From an uncultured virus (IMG/VR IMGVR_UViG_3300035665_002234) (Duplodnaviria; Heunggongvirae; Uroviricota; Caudoviricetes): DNA of 54,422 nucleotides. This document shows, in pieces, positions 10,224-21,491 of this stretch. Position 1 is the first letter of the stretch. Every line of letters begins with the position of its first letter. The DNA lies in IMG/VR virus record IMGVR_UViG_3300035665_002234; one strand, written 5' to 3'. The notes below the pieces were generated by a model. It was not told where the DNA came from. It did no database searches and was given only the letters and a program-made list of their open reading frames with translations. The position numbers and the translations under genes were made by a program.

Positions 10224-10921
10224 TACAGGTACCATTAACTAAACTATTATTTTTTGACATTGAAACTGTTGGATTGTATAAAGACTACGATGGTCTTGAA
10301 CAAAATCATCCGGCACTTACAAAACAATTTCACAACTACTTTGATTGGTTTCAGAAAAGATTTCCTGAAGACCAAGGGTTGGACCCACAACAAGTTTTTG
10401 TAAACCGAGCGGCACTTGTTCCCGAGTTTTCAAAAATTGTATGTGCAAGTTTTGCCTTTGTTGGTCCTGATGGAAAAACACACGCACAAACTTTCTCAGG
10501 TGATGATGAAAAAGAAATCTTATTGGGTATTAACGCCCTTCTGAATAAAGTATTCAAATTAGATTTTTGGTTGTGTGGACATAACATTAAAAACTTTGAT
10601 ATTCCTGTGTTAAATAAACGTATGGTTATCAATGGAATTAAACCATCACCACTATTACCATCTTACGATACAAAACCGTGGGAAATAAAAGCTATTGATA
10701 CTATGGATGTATGGAAAATGGGTAATAACTTTGCGTTATCATCATTGGAACTTATGTGTGCTGCCATGGGTGTTAAATCACCAAAAGAAGGTGAAGTAAC
10801 AGGTAACCGAGTACACGAAGCGTATTACGATTTTAATCAACTTGACTTGATTGTTGAATATTGTGAAAGAGATGTAATGGTGTTGATTGATATAATTAAA
10901 AAATTAAAAGAACTACAATAA
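10220..10921 (+). CDS. DnaQ/PolB-type 3'-5' exonuclease
   Basis: ExoI FFDIET, ExoII GHNIKNFD, ExoIII YCERDV motifs. Confidence 0.85.
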   Translation: MIQVPLTKLLFFDIETVGLYKDYDGLEQNHPALTKQFHNYFDWFQKRFPEDQGLDPQQVFVNRAALVPEFSKIVCASFAFVGPDGKTHAQTFSGDDEKEILLGINALLNKVFKLDFWLCGHNIKNFDIPVLNKRMVINGIKPSPLLPSYDTKPWEIKAIDTMDVWKMGNNFALSSLELMCAAMGVKSPKEGEVTGNRVHEAYYDFNQLDLIVEYCERDVMVLIDIIKKLKELQ

Positions 10922-10922
10922 T

Positions 10923-11525
10923 ATGAATAACGAAAACGATGAAATGGACTTGTTGCAACAAGAGTTATCTAATATCTTGAAACAACTTCAAAATGAAATG
11001 GATGGTAATCCTGAACTTGAAATTGAAGAAATTCATGGGGTTAATTTAAAAGAACTGGAAAAAGCGTTTGGTGATAGAGAACCAAAATTGGATTTAAGAT
11101 TTGTTAAGTGTCATCCCGATGCCGTATCACCAAAATATAATTACCCCACAGACTCAGGGTTTGATTTACACTCAACAGAAAGTATTGGTATTCCACCACT
11201 GTCAAGAATGTTGGTTGGAACAGGGTTAAAATTTAATATTAAAGACGGTTATGAAATTCAAGTTAGACCAAAAAGTGGTTTAGCGCTAAAACAAGGATTA
11301 ACCGTTTTAAACACACCTGGAACCGTTGACTCAGGATATGATGGTGAAGTTAAAGTTATTCTATATAATTCAACACATGATACCGTTTACATAGAAAAGG
11401 GACAAAAAATAGCTCAAGCTTGTGTTTGTCCTGTGGCAAATGGTAGATGGGTAAACCCAATTGAAGTTTCTGAAATTTCAGGTAAAGACAGAGGGGATAA
11501 AGGATTTGGTAGCACAGGAATATAA
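10923..11525 (+). CDS. dut: dUTPase (trimeric) with an N-terminal extension
   Basis: SGFDL, RPKSGLA, GTVDSGYDGE, KIAQ, RGDKGFGSTG motifs. Confidence 0.95.
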   Translation: MNNENDEMDLLQQELSNILKQLQNEMDGNPELEIEEIHGVNLKELEKAFGDREPKLDLRFVKCHPDAVSPKYNYPTDSGFDLHSTESIGIPPLSRMLVGTGLKFNIKDGYEIQVRPKSGLALKQGLTVLNTPGTVDSGYDGEVKVILYNSTHDTVYIEKGQKIAQACVCPVANGRWVNPIEVSEISGKDRGDKGFGSTGI

Positions 11526-11527
11526 GT

Positions 11528-13048
11528 ATGATTACTATAATATACTCAACCCATAAAGATTCTAAGTACAATTCAGAATTTAAAAAACATTTAGAAACTA
11601 CTGTTGGTTTAAAAAATACACAAATTTTAGAGTACCAAAATAATAATGAATTTTCATTATCCCAAGTTTATAACCGAGGTATTGGTGAATCAATATATGA
11701 TATTGTAGTATGTTTACATAATGATGTAAAACTAGAACAAGGTTGGGGTAAAAAATTAATAAAAGACTTTGAAGATAATCCTGATTATGGAATTATTGGC
11801 AAAGCAGGTTCTTGTTATTTTCCTGAATCAGGTGTCTATTGGGAAAGAATGGGTCAAACTATGGTTGGACAGGTTTATCATCACCCTGAAGGACAAAACA
11901 AATGGATTAATAAATATTCACCAAAATTACCATTTTTAATACCTGTGGTAACACTTGATGGTTTATTTATATCGTTTAATAAAACAAAAATTAAACACAC
12001 CTTTGATGAAACAATTGGTAAATATCACTTTTATGACCATCCATTTTCATTGTCAAATTATTTAGATGGTGTTAAATTAGGAGTTACCACATCATTTGAA
12101 ATTACTCATAAATCAATTGGTCAACCAAATGAAGAATTTTACAAATCTAAAGAAGTTTTTTTGGAAAAATACAAAACTTTTTTACCATTAGAGATTAAAC
12201 CAAGTACAGTCTATATTCCCGAAGTAAAAGAAAAGAGTATAAAAATTTCTACTAAAACAGCAGTTATTATACCAACAAAAAGTAAATTAAATTTATTGTT
12301 TGATTGTGTTAATTCGATAATTGAACATTCAGACAAAGAACAATATGAATTATTTATTGCCGATACAGGTTCTTCGTTAGATGAAATTAATCAAATTAAA
12401 GATTTTATTTCAGAAAGAACTAATGTATCAACCATTCATTTAATAGAATACGATTATTATAACTTTGCAAAAATTAATAATGATGTTGTTAAAAATCATA
12501 TATCAAATGATTTTGAATACATACTTTTTTGTAATAATGATATCAAATTTTTAAACAACATTATTTATGGTTTAATGAAAATACACAAACAAAATCATAA
12601 TGTTGGGACCGCTGGTTGTAGATTACATTTTGAAGATAATTTAGTACAACATGATGGTATTATTTCTTGGATTGCAAAACCTAATGATTTTAAATTATCT
12701 CATGCTGGATTTAAAAGTCATTATAATTACAGTACAAATATTAAAAAAGTATTAGGTAATACCGCAGGTTTAACGATGATTAAAAAATCATTGTTTGAAA
12801 AATTGGGATATTTTAATGAAGAATATAAAGTTTGTTTTGAAGATGTGGAAATGAATTTTAAATGTTTATTAAATGGTTTTACCAATTATTTTGACGGAAG
12901 ATATGTTGCGTATCATTATGAAAGTCAAACAAGAAAAAATGATGATGAAACTGATAAAAATATTAGTCACGATTTACACCAAGTTTTATTACCATTTGTT
13001 AATGAAAATAAAACAAAACTGAGAAATTTTATTCCTCACGAACAATAA
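11528..13048 (+). CDS. Two-domain GT2-type glycosyltransferase
   Basis: N-domain LHNDV...LDG...FDE...HFYD; C-domain VIIPT...ADTGS...YNFAKINN...FCNNDI...FEDVE...HYES. Confidence 0.85.
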   Translation: MITIIYSTHKDSKYNSEFKKHLETTVGLKNTQILEYQNNNEFSLSQVYNRGIGESIYDIVVCLHNDVKLEQGWGKKLIKDFEDNPDYGIIGKAGSCYFPESGVYWERMGQTMVGQVYHHPEGQNKWINKYSPKLPFLIPVVTLDGLFISFNKTKIKHTFDETIGKYHFYDHPFSLSNYLDGVKLGVTTSFEITHKSIGQPNEEFYKSKEVFLEKYKTFLPLEIKPSTVYIPEVKEKSIKISTKTAVIIPTKSKLNLLFDCVNSIIEHSDKEQYELFIADTGSSLDEINQIKDFISERTNVSTIHLIEYDYYNFAKINNDVVKNHISNDFEYILFCNNDIKFLNNIIYGLMKIHKQNHNVGTAGCRLHFEDNLVQHDGIISWIAKPNDFKLSHAGFKSHYNYSTNIKKVLGNTAGLTMIKKSLFEKLGYFNEEYKVCFEDVEMNFKCLLNGFTNYFDGRYVAYHYESQTRKNDDETDKNISHDLHQVLLPFVNENKTKLRNFIPHEQ

Positions 13049-13059
13049 TATATTTTAAA

Positions 13060-13614
13060 ATGGAAAAAAAAATAACTTTTGTAATACCATCAATAAATAG
13101 ACCATCAATAATTAACTGCGTTAATTCATTATTACATCAAACAAACCCAAATTGGGAATGTATCATTATTTACGATGGTGTTGATGGTTTTAAATTTGAT
13201 GATGACCGAATAAAAATTGTAGTAACAGAAAAGTTAGGTGGTAGTAGTTCAGTTCACGGTATTTCGGGACTTGTTAGAAATGTTGGTTTAAATATGGTTA
13301 ATACCGATTGGATTGGTTTTTTAGATGATGATGACACATTAGATTCTAATTATGTCCATACGTTATTTACAAAATATAATGATTACGATTTTGTTATATG
13401 GAAAATGAAATATACCAATGGTCTTATATTACCAAGAGGTAACTCCATACAATTTGGTGATGTAGGAATATCTTACTGTTATAAAAATAAATTTGAAAAT
13501 CTTAGATTTGATAAAAATAGAGACGGTGAAGATTTTGATTTTTTAATTAAATTAAAGTCATTAACAAATAATTTTATTATTGCACCTGAAGTATACTACA
13601 ATATTAGACACTAA
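13060..13614 (+). CDS. GT2 glycosyltransferase
   Basis: FVIPS, SLLHQT, IIIYDG, RNVGL, FLDDDD, GEDFDF. Confidence 0.85.
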   Translation: MEKKITFVIPSINRPSIINCVNSLLHQTNPNWECIIIYDGVDGFKFDDDRIKIVVTEKLGGSSSVHGISGLVRNVGLNMVNTDWIGFLDDDDTLDSNYVHTLFTKYNDYDFVIWKMKYTNGLILPRGNSIQFGDVGISYCYKNKFENLRFDKNRDGEDFDFLIKLKSLTNNFIIAPEVYYNIRH

Positions 13615-13640
13615 TTATATATATATTATTTTTTATTAAA

Positions 13641-14306
13641 ATGAGATTGTTAATAAAATTTCCAACAAGAAATCGCAAAAGTAAATTTTTTAATGTTTTA
13701 GAACAATACCAAACATTATGTGAAGACATTGAAAATACATTTTTTTTAATAACTTTAGATAATGATGATGAAGAAATGAATTCACCTGAAGTTGTTAATA
13801 TTTTTAGTACATTTAAAAATATAAAATATGTCTACGGAGATAGTACTTCTAAAATTCATGCAATAAATAGAGACCTTGAAACTGAAAATGAATGGGACAT
13901 TGTTTTATTAGCGTCAGATGATATGACACCAAAAGTTAAAGGGTATGACAATATTATCCGTAACAAAATGAAAGAACATTATCCAGATACTGATGGGATT
14001 TTATGGTTTAACGATGGACACCAAGGAACAACATTAAACACTTTAAGTATATTAGGTAAAAAATACTATGAAAGATTTAATTACATTTATTACCCTGAAT
14101 ATAAATCAATGTGGTCCGATAATGAATTTATGTTAGTTGGAAATATCTTAGAAAAACAAACGTATTTTGATGAAGTTATTATTGAACATGAACATCCTGA
14201 TTGGGGATTTGGGGGTAAAGATTCGATTCATATAAAGAATGTAGAAAATGAAACTCACGATAAAAATTTATTTTTAAACAGACAATCTAATAAATTTTAT
14301 TTATGA
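13641..14306 (+). CDS. GT-A (GT2-like) glycosyltransferase
   Basis: KFPTRNR, LDNDD, AINR, LLASDDM, WSDNE, IEHEH. Confidence 0.65.
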   Translation: MRLLIKFPTRNRKSKFFNVLEQYQTLCEDIENTFFLITLDNDDEEMNSPEVVNIFSTFKNIKYVYGDSTSKIHAINRDLETENEWDIVLLASDDMTPKVKGYDNIIRNKMKEHYPDTDGILWFNDGHQGTTLNTLSILGKKYYERFNYIYYPEYKSMWSDNEFMLVGNILEKQTYFDEVIIEHEHPDWGFGGKDSIHIKNVENETHDKNLFLNRQSNKFYL

Positions 14307-15172
14307 AAAACATTTGTACAGTATCCGACAATAATTATTTAATTAAAGGTTTAACTTTATATGAATCTTTAAAGGAATCTTCTAAAGATTTTATCCTTCA
14401 TTATCTGTGTATTGATGATACATCATTTAATAAGTTAATTCAATTTGAATCTGAAACTTTAAAAGTTTGGAATATAAATAAATTATTAAATGATGATAGT
14501 AATTTATTAAACCTTAAAAACACAAACTATCAATATTTTTGTTGGTCATTAGCATCGTATTTTTCAAATTTTTTAATGAAAAAAAATAATGAATCAATAT
14601 TATATATTGATTCCGACATTTTACTTTATGATGATGTTGAGGTAATTTTAAATGCCATTGATAATAAAGATATTGGTATTTTTAGACATAGACAATTTAA
14701 TTTATCAATTGACACCCCTGAAGGTCATTATAATGTTGGTATTGTTTATTTTAAGAATAGTGATATTGGTAAACAAGTATTGAACTGGTGGGCAGATGCG
14801 GTTTTATTTAAAAAATACCCTATTTTATCAACTTGTGGAGACCAAAAATATTTAGACGAGTTTCCAAGAATGTGTGAAAATATTTTTATTGATGGAGAAT
14901 TAGCACATGGGGCACCATGGCAATGGCAACTTTATAATTTTGATAATTACAAAAACGATGGAACAATAATTTGGGAAGGTAAAAAACAAAAATTAATTTT
15001 TAGTCATTTTTCACAATTTAATTATAATTTAGAAAATGATACTTATCTACCATCATCACAACACCATATATACACGCCATTAACCATGTATACTAACAAT
15101 GAGGGATTAAAAATAATTTATGATGATTATTTTGATAAAATAAAAAAAACTAATTTTAAATATAACAAATGA
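14303..15172 (+). CDS. GT-A (GT8-like) glycosyltransferase
   Basis: YIDSD DxD motif, YNVG, GDQKYLD, FSHFS. Confidence 0.7.
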   Translation: MKNICTVSDNNYLIKGLTLYESLKESSKDFILHYLCIDDTSFNKLIQFESETLKVWNINKLLNDDSNLLNLKNTNYQYFCWSLASYFSNFLMKKNNESILYIDSDILLYDDVEVILNAIDNKDIGIFRHRQFNLSIDTPEGHYNVGIVYFKNSDIGKQVLNWWADAVLFKKYPILSTCGDQKYLDEFPRMCENIFIDGELAHGAPWQWQLYNFDNYKNDGTIIWEGKKQKLIFSHFSQFNYNLENDTYLPSSQHHIYTPLTMYTNNEGLKIIYDDYFDKIKKTNFKYNK

Positions 15173-16065
15173 AAATAGCATTTGGAATGATTGTTTTTGA
15201 GGGTGATTATGTTCTAAAAGAATGTTTGGAACAGGTGTACCCTTTTGCATCACAAATTCTTATCGCTGAAGGTCCCGTTTCTTATTGGCAAAGACAAGGA
15301 AGAACAACATCAACAGATAATACCAATAAAATTATTAGTGAATTTCCTGACCCAGAAAACAAAATTAAAGTTGTTCATGGTGAATTTAATGAAAAAGATG
15401 ACCAATGTCGTGCGTATATGCAAAATATAAATGACGACATTAATTATATATGGAATTTAGATTCTGATGAAGTTTATAAGACTGAAGATTTAAAAAAAAT
15501 AATTAACTTCTTAAAAAAAGAACAACCAACAAGTGTTGGAATTAGAAGTTGTTCTTTTTATGGCGGGTTTGACCATTATTTAACAGGTTTTGAGTTAAAT
15601 AAAGATAATTTTTTACGTATTTTTAAATATGTTAAAGGGTCTACTTGGTTTACTCATAGACCGCCTACAATACAATATCCATCAAATAGTAATATTGTAA
15701 AAAAACATATTGACAGTGAAACTCTTTTTAATGAAACAGGTGTTCAAATGTATCATTATTCTTATGTGTTTCCAACACAAGTTTCAACAAAAATTGGATA
15801 TTATAAAGACAGTGTTAGTAAACAAAATTGTATTGATAATTATTTTAATGATATTTATTTACCATGGGTCTTAGGTGATGAAACCCAAAAATTAAAAATA
15901 GAATCAAATTATATAGGTGTACATGAATTTAAACCACATGTTAGGGGTGAATGTTATACTAAAAAATTTGAAGGTACTCACCCTGAATCAATAATTAATT
16001 CATATGAATTATTAAACCAAAGATTTAAAAAAGAATTACAAAACTATGTGGATGACCCCAAATGA
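15169..16065 (+). CDS. GT2-like glycosyltransferase
   Basis: MIVFEG, STDNT, WNLDSDE, YHYSYV. Confidence 0.65.
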   Translation: MKIAFGMIVFEGDYVLKECLEQVYPFASQILIAEGPVSYWQRQGRTTSTDNTNKIISEFPDPENKIKVVHGEFNEKDDQCRAYMQNINDDINYIWNLDSDEVYKTEDLKKIINFLKKEQPTSVGIRSCSFYGGFDHYLTGFELNKDNFLRIFKYVKGSTWFTHRPPTIQYPSNSNIVKKHIDSETLFNETGVQMYHYSYVFPTQVSTKIGYYKDSVSKQNCIDNYFNDIYLPWVLGDETQKLKIESNYIGVHEFKPHVRGECYTKKFEGTHPESIINSYELLNQRFKKELQNYVDDPK

Positions 16066-16537
16066 ACAAAATTTTTTTAAACAAAATTTAAATCCAAATC
16101 AAAGAGTTTTAGAATGGGGATGTGGCTCATCAACAATTGACCTGTCAAATATTGTTAATGAAGTCCATAGTATTGAACACAACGAAGATTGGTATAACAA
16201 AATTAAACAGGAATTACTAAATAATCCAAATGTATTTTTACACCTTTGTCAACCAAATGAAACATATGTTGAAGGTGGTCATTGTGGAACGTATGAGCAA
16301 TTTAAAACATATATTACAAAACCTATTAAATTAGGTAAATTTAATTTGATTTTTATTGATGGTAGGGCAAGAATTGAATGTGCTAAAATATGTAAAGATA
16401 TTTCACATGAAGATACTTTAATTTTTATTCATGATTATAAAGGTAGATACCATAGTGAAAATTATAAAGAAGTTGAAAACTATTTAACCTTTATTTCTGA
16501 AGTGGAAAACTTAGCTTTATTTAAAATAAAAAAATGA
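16046..16537 (+). CDS. Class I SAM-dependent methyltransferase
   Basis: VLEWGCGSST, SIEHNEDW, LIFIDGRAR, IFIHD. Confidence 0.75.
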   Translation: MWMTPNEQNFFKQNLNPNQRVLEWGCGSSTIDLSNIVNEVHSIEHNEDWYNKIKQELLNNPNVFLHLCQPNETYVEGGHCGTYEQFKTYITKPIKLGKFNLIFIDGRARIECAKICKDISHEDTLIFIHDYKGRYHSENYKEVENYLTFISEVENLALFKIKK

Positions 16538-17340
16538 AAAATATACCAGTAATTTTTATTCACCAAGGCTATCAACCCTATCTAAATTTTACTGTACAAC
16601 AAGCCAGTAAAAAAAATAAAGTGTTTTTTATTGGAACGCAAGAACCACCAAAAAATGATAATGTGTCGTTTTTTAATTTACAAAATTATAATAAATACAC
16701 AAATCAGTTTTCTGAAATTTATGAAAATTTAAGCACCAATAATTACGATTATGAATTATTTTGTTTTTTAAGATGGTTTGTATTAAAAGAATTCATGGAA
16801 GAACAAAATTTAGATACCGTCTTTTATGTAGATTCTGACGTTATGTTATATGTTGATATTAGTGAAGAATATAAAAAATATGAACAATATGATTTAACAT
16901 TACTTCATAGGACAGCTGCGATTTCTTCATATTTTACTAAAGTTGGCTTAGACAATTTTACTAATTTTCTAATGAAAACTTTTAATAATAAACAATCATA
17001 CGAATATCAAAAAATTGCATCACATTACCATGTAAGACAAAAATTTGGACTTCCTGGTGGTGTTTGTGACATGACTTATTTTGATTTTTTTCATTATATG
17101 GATGATGGTGGTGGTGGACCTGGTAAAGTCGGTGAAATGATGTTAATCATTAACGATTCTACTTATGACCACAACATAAATGTCCCTGACCAATATTTTG
17201 ATTTTAATGGGATTAAAAATATTAAAATTAAAGATGGATTTCCATATGTATATAACCATAAATTAAAAAAAGATATTAGATTTAATTCACTTCATTTTCA
17301 AGGAGATTCAAAATATCACATATCAAGTTTTATAATCTAA
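16534..17340 (+). CDS. Putative GT-A glycosyltransferase
   Basis: CFLRWF, FYVDSDV DxD motif, CDM, LHFQG; located within the glycan cluster. Confidence 0.6.
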   Translation: MKNIPVIFIHQGYQPYLNFTVQQASKKNKVFFIGTQEPPKNDNVSFFNLQNYNKYTNQFSEIYENLSTNNYDYELFCFLRWFVLKEFMEEQNLDTVFYVDSDVMLYVDISEEYKKYEQYDLTLLHRTAAISSYFTKVGLDNFTNFLMKTFNNKQSYEYQKIASHYHVRQKFGLPGGVCDMTYFDFFHYMDDGGGGPGKVGEMMLIINDSTYDHNINVPDQYFDFNGIKNIKIKDGFPYVYNHKLKKDIRFNSLHFQGDSKYHISSFII

Positions 17341-17942
17341 TGAGCAAATTTATTGATAGTTGGAAAAACAAAAAAGTTTTTGAAAAACAACTTGAATTGA
17401 ATAAGTTTGAATTTAATAACTTATATCCACAACATTGGTTTGATTTTTTAAACACAATTAAATCTTTAAATATTTCTAATATATTAGATGTTGGATGTGG
17501 TTCGGGAGTTTATTATAAGTTATGTCAAAAAGAAATTCCAAACATTAATTATTTTGGTGTTGATTACTCAATAGACGCAATTGAAATTGCGAAACGTGAA
17601 TATTCTGAAACAAATTTTGATGTTAAATCAATAAATGATTTAACTGAAGATTATTTAAATCAATTTGATTTAATTCATTTAGGTGCGGTGTTAGATGTAT
17701 TACCAAATGGGGATGAGGTACTTGAACAAATATTTAACTTAAAACCAAAAAAACTTTTTATAGGTAGAATAAAATTTACAGATACCCCGTCCAATTATGT
17801 TGAATATAAAGCATACGATGAAATCATGACGTATGAATATAGACATAATTTGTTAAATTTTACTAATTTATCAAAAAAATATAATTACACTATAAAATTT
17901 AAATCAAATAACGTATTATTAACTTATGAACCAAACAAATAA
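17340..17942 (+). CDS. Class I SAM-dependent methyltransferase
   Basis: ILDVGCGSG, YFGVDYS, FDLI. Confidence 0.85.
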   Translation: MSKFIDSWKNKKVFEKQLELNKFEFNNLYPQHWFDFLNTIKSLNISNILDVGCGSGVYYKLCQKEIPNINYFGVDYSIDAIEIAKREYSETNFDVKSINDLTEDYLNQFDLIHLGAVLDVLPNGDEVLEQIFNLKPKKLFIGRIKFTDTPSNYVEYKAYDEIMTYEYRHNLLNFTNLSKKYNYTIKFKSNNVLLTYEPNK

Positions 17943-18669
17943 TTTAACAAGAGAAAAAATGTTGGAGCTTATTGATGAGTTTCATCAATTATATCAAACA
18001 AGACCAATTAAAGATAATAACGGTGGGATGAAGTCGGGACACATGTTTCCGTCTTGGTTTGTTATAAAAATATTACAACCAAAGTACATCATTGAGAGTG
18101 GAGTATGGAAAGGTCTTGGAACTTGGTTTTTTGAAAAAGCAAGCCCTAATAGTAAAATTATCTCCATTGACCCAAATCCTAACTTTAGAGTTTACACAAG
18201 TGAAAAAGTAGAATATAGAACAACAGATTTTACATTAAATTCTTGGAATGACATTGATATTGAAGATACTTTAGTTTTTTTAGATGACCATCAAAATAGT
18301 TTAGAAAGGATAAAATTTGCAAAACAGGTAGGTTTTAAACATATTATGGTTGAGGATAACTATCCTTATAATCAAGGAGATTGTTATACCCCAAAAAAAA
18401 TATTGTCACAAAAAAACTATGTAATTGATTTGGCGGGTAATAGAACTTGGTATGATGCAAAATCTGAAGACTATGAATATTTTACTAAAACTGTGACAAA
18501 ATACATAGAATTTCCACCATTATTTAAAGATGATAAAACTAGATGGGGTGATGAGTGGATAAATGAAAATTACGAAACTCCAGAACAATTATTGTCGGAT
18601 ACTGAAAAATATAAAGATTTTTTTGATGAACTAAAAGATTATACATGGATTTGTTACTTAGAATTATAA
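17926..18669 (+). CDS. Putative methyltransferase-fold protein
   Basis: PKYIIESGVWKGLGTW, IISIDP, VFLDDH, VEDNY resemble sugar O-methyltransferase-like Rossmann proteins. Confidence 0.5.
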   Translation: MNQTNNLTREKMLELIDEFHQLYQTRPIKDNNGGMKSGHMFPSWFVIKILQPKYIIESGVWKGLGTWFFEKASPNSKIISIDPNPNFRVYTSEKVEYRTTDFTLNSWNDIDIEDTLVFLDDHQNSLERIKFAKQVGFKHIMVEDNYPYNQGDCYTPKKILSQKNYVIDLAGNRTWYDAKSEDYEYFTKTVTKYIEFPPLFKDDKTRWGDEWINENYETPEQLLSDTEKYKDFFDELKDYTWICYLEL

Positions 18670-18696
18670 TTAAACACGCAATTTAAAATAATAGAA

Positions 18697-19632
18697 ATGA
18701 TAAATATAAGTTTAGAAAATAATTTAGAATTATATCAAGATTACGAAAAATCATTATCTTTTTTATCTAATATTGATGATAGTTCATATAACTATCCTAA
18801 TAATATTACATATTTTCACGTTTATTCGGAAATTAAAAACGAAAAGGAACTTTTATGTATTGAGTCGTATTTGGCAACTCAAGATTTAGAAAAAACTAAG
18901 TTAATATTATGGTCAGATTATGATATCTCAGACAATGAGTTAATTAAACCATACAAAGATTTAATAGATATGAGAGTCTATAATTTTAAAACCGAATCCA
19001 TAGGTACATTACTTGAAAATAATGAGTACTTAAATGGTGCTAACGATACAAAACATTATATGAAAAGTGGTATTTTAAGATTCCTTGTAACTTACAAATA
19101 TGGTGGAGTATGGGTTGATATGGACATGGTATTACTAAGAAACTTTAAACCAATTTTAGACCAAGAATGGGCATATATGTGGGGGGCTGAAACGGACTTC
19201 AATAATTTTGGACCATGTGCGGCAATTATGAATATTCACAAAGAAAGCTCTCACGGTAAAATGTGTCTTGAAGAAATTTTAAATACAAGAATGGTTCCTG
19301 ATAGTACTGTTTTAGACCACGTTTTATTAGCAAAAGTTTACACTAAAAATAAATTCACAGTATTTCCCTCAGCTTTTTTTAATACTGAGTGGCAAATGAA
19401 TGTAAAATGGTTAAATGGTGTTAAACAATATGACCCAAATGGATTGGGTACAAAAACTGAAAAGGGTTGGTTTGTAAAAAATGAATATAGTGATTCATTA
19501 TTTGAAAACGCATTTTCTTGGCATTGGCACAATTCAACATATAAAAATCATACAATAGGTGAAGGCAGTAAATTTTATCAATTACAAAATAAAATAAAAT
19601 CATTATTAAATGATAAAAAAATTATTTTATGA
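18697..19632 (+). CDS. GT32-like (DXD sugar-binding) glycosyltransferase
   Basis: LRFLVTYKYGGVWVDMD matches the GT32 R...LykyGGiy.D.D motif; WHWHN near the C-terminus. Confidence 0.75.
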   Translation: MINISLENNLELYQDYEKSLSFLSNIDDSSYNYPNNITYFHVYSEIKNEKELLCIESYLATQDLEKTKLILWSDYDISDNELIKPYKDLIDMRVYNFKTESIGTLLENNEYLNGANDTKHYMKSGILRFLVTYKYGGVWVDMDMVLLRNFKPILDQEWAYMWGAETDFNNFGPCAAIMNIHKESSHGKMCLEEILNTRMVPDSTVLDHVLLAKVYTKNKFTVFPSAFFNTEWQMNVKWLNGVKQYDPNGLGTKTEKGWFVKNEYSDSLFENAFSWHWHNSTYKNHTIGEGSKFYQLQNKIKSLLNDKKIIL

Positions 19633-20576
19633 AAAAAGCACTAATAATTGGAATATCAGGACAAGATGGTTCTTTATTAGCAAAGCATTTATTGGAAAAT
19701 AACTATAAAGTATATGGGACATCAAGAGATTATGAATTAACATCATTTAATGGTTTAAAAAAACTTGGAATTTTTGATAAGGTTGAATTACAGTCAATGA
19801 TACTTAACGATTTTAGAAGTGTTATGAAAGCAATTGACGTTGTAAGACCAGATGAAATTTATAATTTGGCGGGTCAAACATCTGTGGGTTTTTCATTTTT
19901 ACAACCAGTTGAAACTATTGAGAGTATTATTAATGGATGTCTTAATGTTTTGGAAACTGTTAAATTTTTAAAGTTAGATTGTAAAATTTTTAATCCGTGT
20001 TCTTCCGAATGTTTTGGGGAATCTACAGATAACTCAAAAGAATCAACACCTTTTAACCCACTATCACCATATGCTGTTGCTAAAACCTCGGCATATTGGT
20101 TAACATCAAATTATCGAAAATCTTACGGTATATACACATGTTCGGGAATATTGAGTAATCATGAATCATTTTTAAGAAGTGAAAGATTTGTGACCATGAA
20201 AATTATAAATTCGGCCAAAAGAATTTACGAGGGGGTTCAGAGTAAATTAGAGTTAGGTAATATTTCTATTGTTAGAGATTGGGGGTGTGCTGAAGAGTAT
20301 GTAAAGGCAATGCATTTAATGTTACAACAAGAAAATCCTGAAGATATGATAATTTCAACAAATAAATCAATAAGCTTGGAAGAGTTTATTGATTATACAT
20401 TTAAAAAATATAATTTAGATTATCAAAAACATATAATAATAAATAATGACTTAATAAGACCAAACGACATTAAAGTTAGTAGATTGTCAAATAATAAAAT
20501 ATTTGACCGTTTAGGATGGAAGCCTCAAAATAACGTGTATAATGTAATTGATAAATTAGTGAACACTTTAAATTAA
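19629..20576 (+). CDS. gmd: GDP-mannose 4,6-dehydratase-like SDR
   Basis: GISGQDG, PDEIYNLAGQ, SSECFG, SPYAVAK (YxxxK), NHES, RFVTMKI, LGN..I.RDWG. Confidence 0.85.
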   Translation: MKKALIIGISGQDGSLLAKHLLENNYKVYGTSRDYELTSFNGLKKLGIFDKVELQSMILNDFRSVMKAIDVVRPDEIYNLAGQTSVGFSFLQPVETIESIINGCLNVLETVKFLKLDCKIFNPCSSECFGESTDNSKESTPFNPLSPYAVAKTSAYWLTSNYRKSYGIYTCSGILSNHESFLRSERFVTMKIINSAKRIYEGVQSKLELGNISIVRDWGCAEEYVKAMHLMLQQENPEDMIISTNKSISLEEFIDYTFKKYNLDYQKHIIINNDLIRPNDIKVSRLSNNKIFDRLGWKPQNNVYNVIDKLVNTLN

Positions 20577-20579
20577 AAT

Positions 20580-21491
20580 ATGATTAATCTATTCAACATT
20601 AACGAATACAATATTAATACGTCTGAATACTCAAATTTATTACACGATAAAAAAGTAATTCAGTTTGAAGAAAAAATTGCCGATTATGTTGGGGCAAAAT
20701 ACGCAGTCACATTTAATAGTGCAACAAGTGCCATTTTTTTATTACTATTGAATAAAAATATAACTGTGGATATACCAAGTATATTACCACCTGTTGTTAT
20801 TAATGCAATTGTAACATCAAACAATAAATACAATTTTTATGATGATATAAATTGGGTTGGTGATTCATATGTTTTACATAATTTTGGTGATTATAAAATT
20901 GTTGATTCAGCACAAAAGTTAGAAAAAAACCAATTTAAAAAAGAATGTAATCCTGAGGATTTAATGATTTTTAGTTTCTATCCAACAAAACCAATTGGTA
21001 GTTGCGATGGAGGAATGATAGTGTCTGATGATTTAAATAAAATTTTACATTTAAAAGAAATGGCATTAAACGGAATGTCATTTTCTGAAAACAATTGGGA
21101 CAGAAAAATAAAATTCCCAGGTTATAAAATGTATATGAATAGCATCCAATGTGACATCGCTCTTAGAAATTTTGAAAACTACAAATCAAAATTAGAACGA
21201 TTATCATATATTAGGGAATATTATAATGAAAATCTTGGTTTAAATAATACAAGTTCTCATTTGTATAGAATTAACACTAATGATAGAGACACATTAATTA
21301 ACAACCTAAAGAAACATAATGTTCAAACAGGTATTCATTATAAATCATTACACAATCACGAAGTTTATAAAATAAATGATGACTTATTACCAAATTCTGA
21401 AATTGAGTCTTTAACTACATTATCAATACCATTTCATGAAAAATTAACCAATAATGACATTGAAAAAATAATTAAAATTATTAATGGATAA
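20580..21491 (+). CDS. DegT/DnrJ/EryC1/StrS PLP-dependent sugar aminotransferase
   Basis: FEEKIADYVGAKYAV, NSATSA, DSAQ, SFYPTKPIG..DGG (PLP lysine), GIHY, LSIPFH. Confidence 0.85.
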   Translation: MINLFNINEYNINTSEYSNLLHDKKVIQFEEKIADYVGAKYAVTFNSATSAIFLLLLNKNITVDIPSILPPVVINAIVTSNNKYNFYDDINWVGDSYVLHNFGDYKIVDSAQKLEKNQFKKECNPEDLMIFSFYPTKPIGSCDGGMIVSDDLNKILHLKEMALNGMSFSENNWDRKIKFPGYKMYMNSIQCDIALRNFENYKSKLERLSYIREYYNENLGLNNTSSHLYRINTNDRDTLINNLKKHNVQTGIHYKSLHNHEVYKINDDLLPNSEIESLTTLSIPFHEKLTNNDIEKIIKIING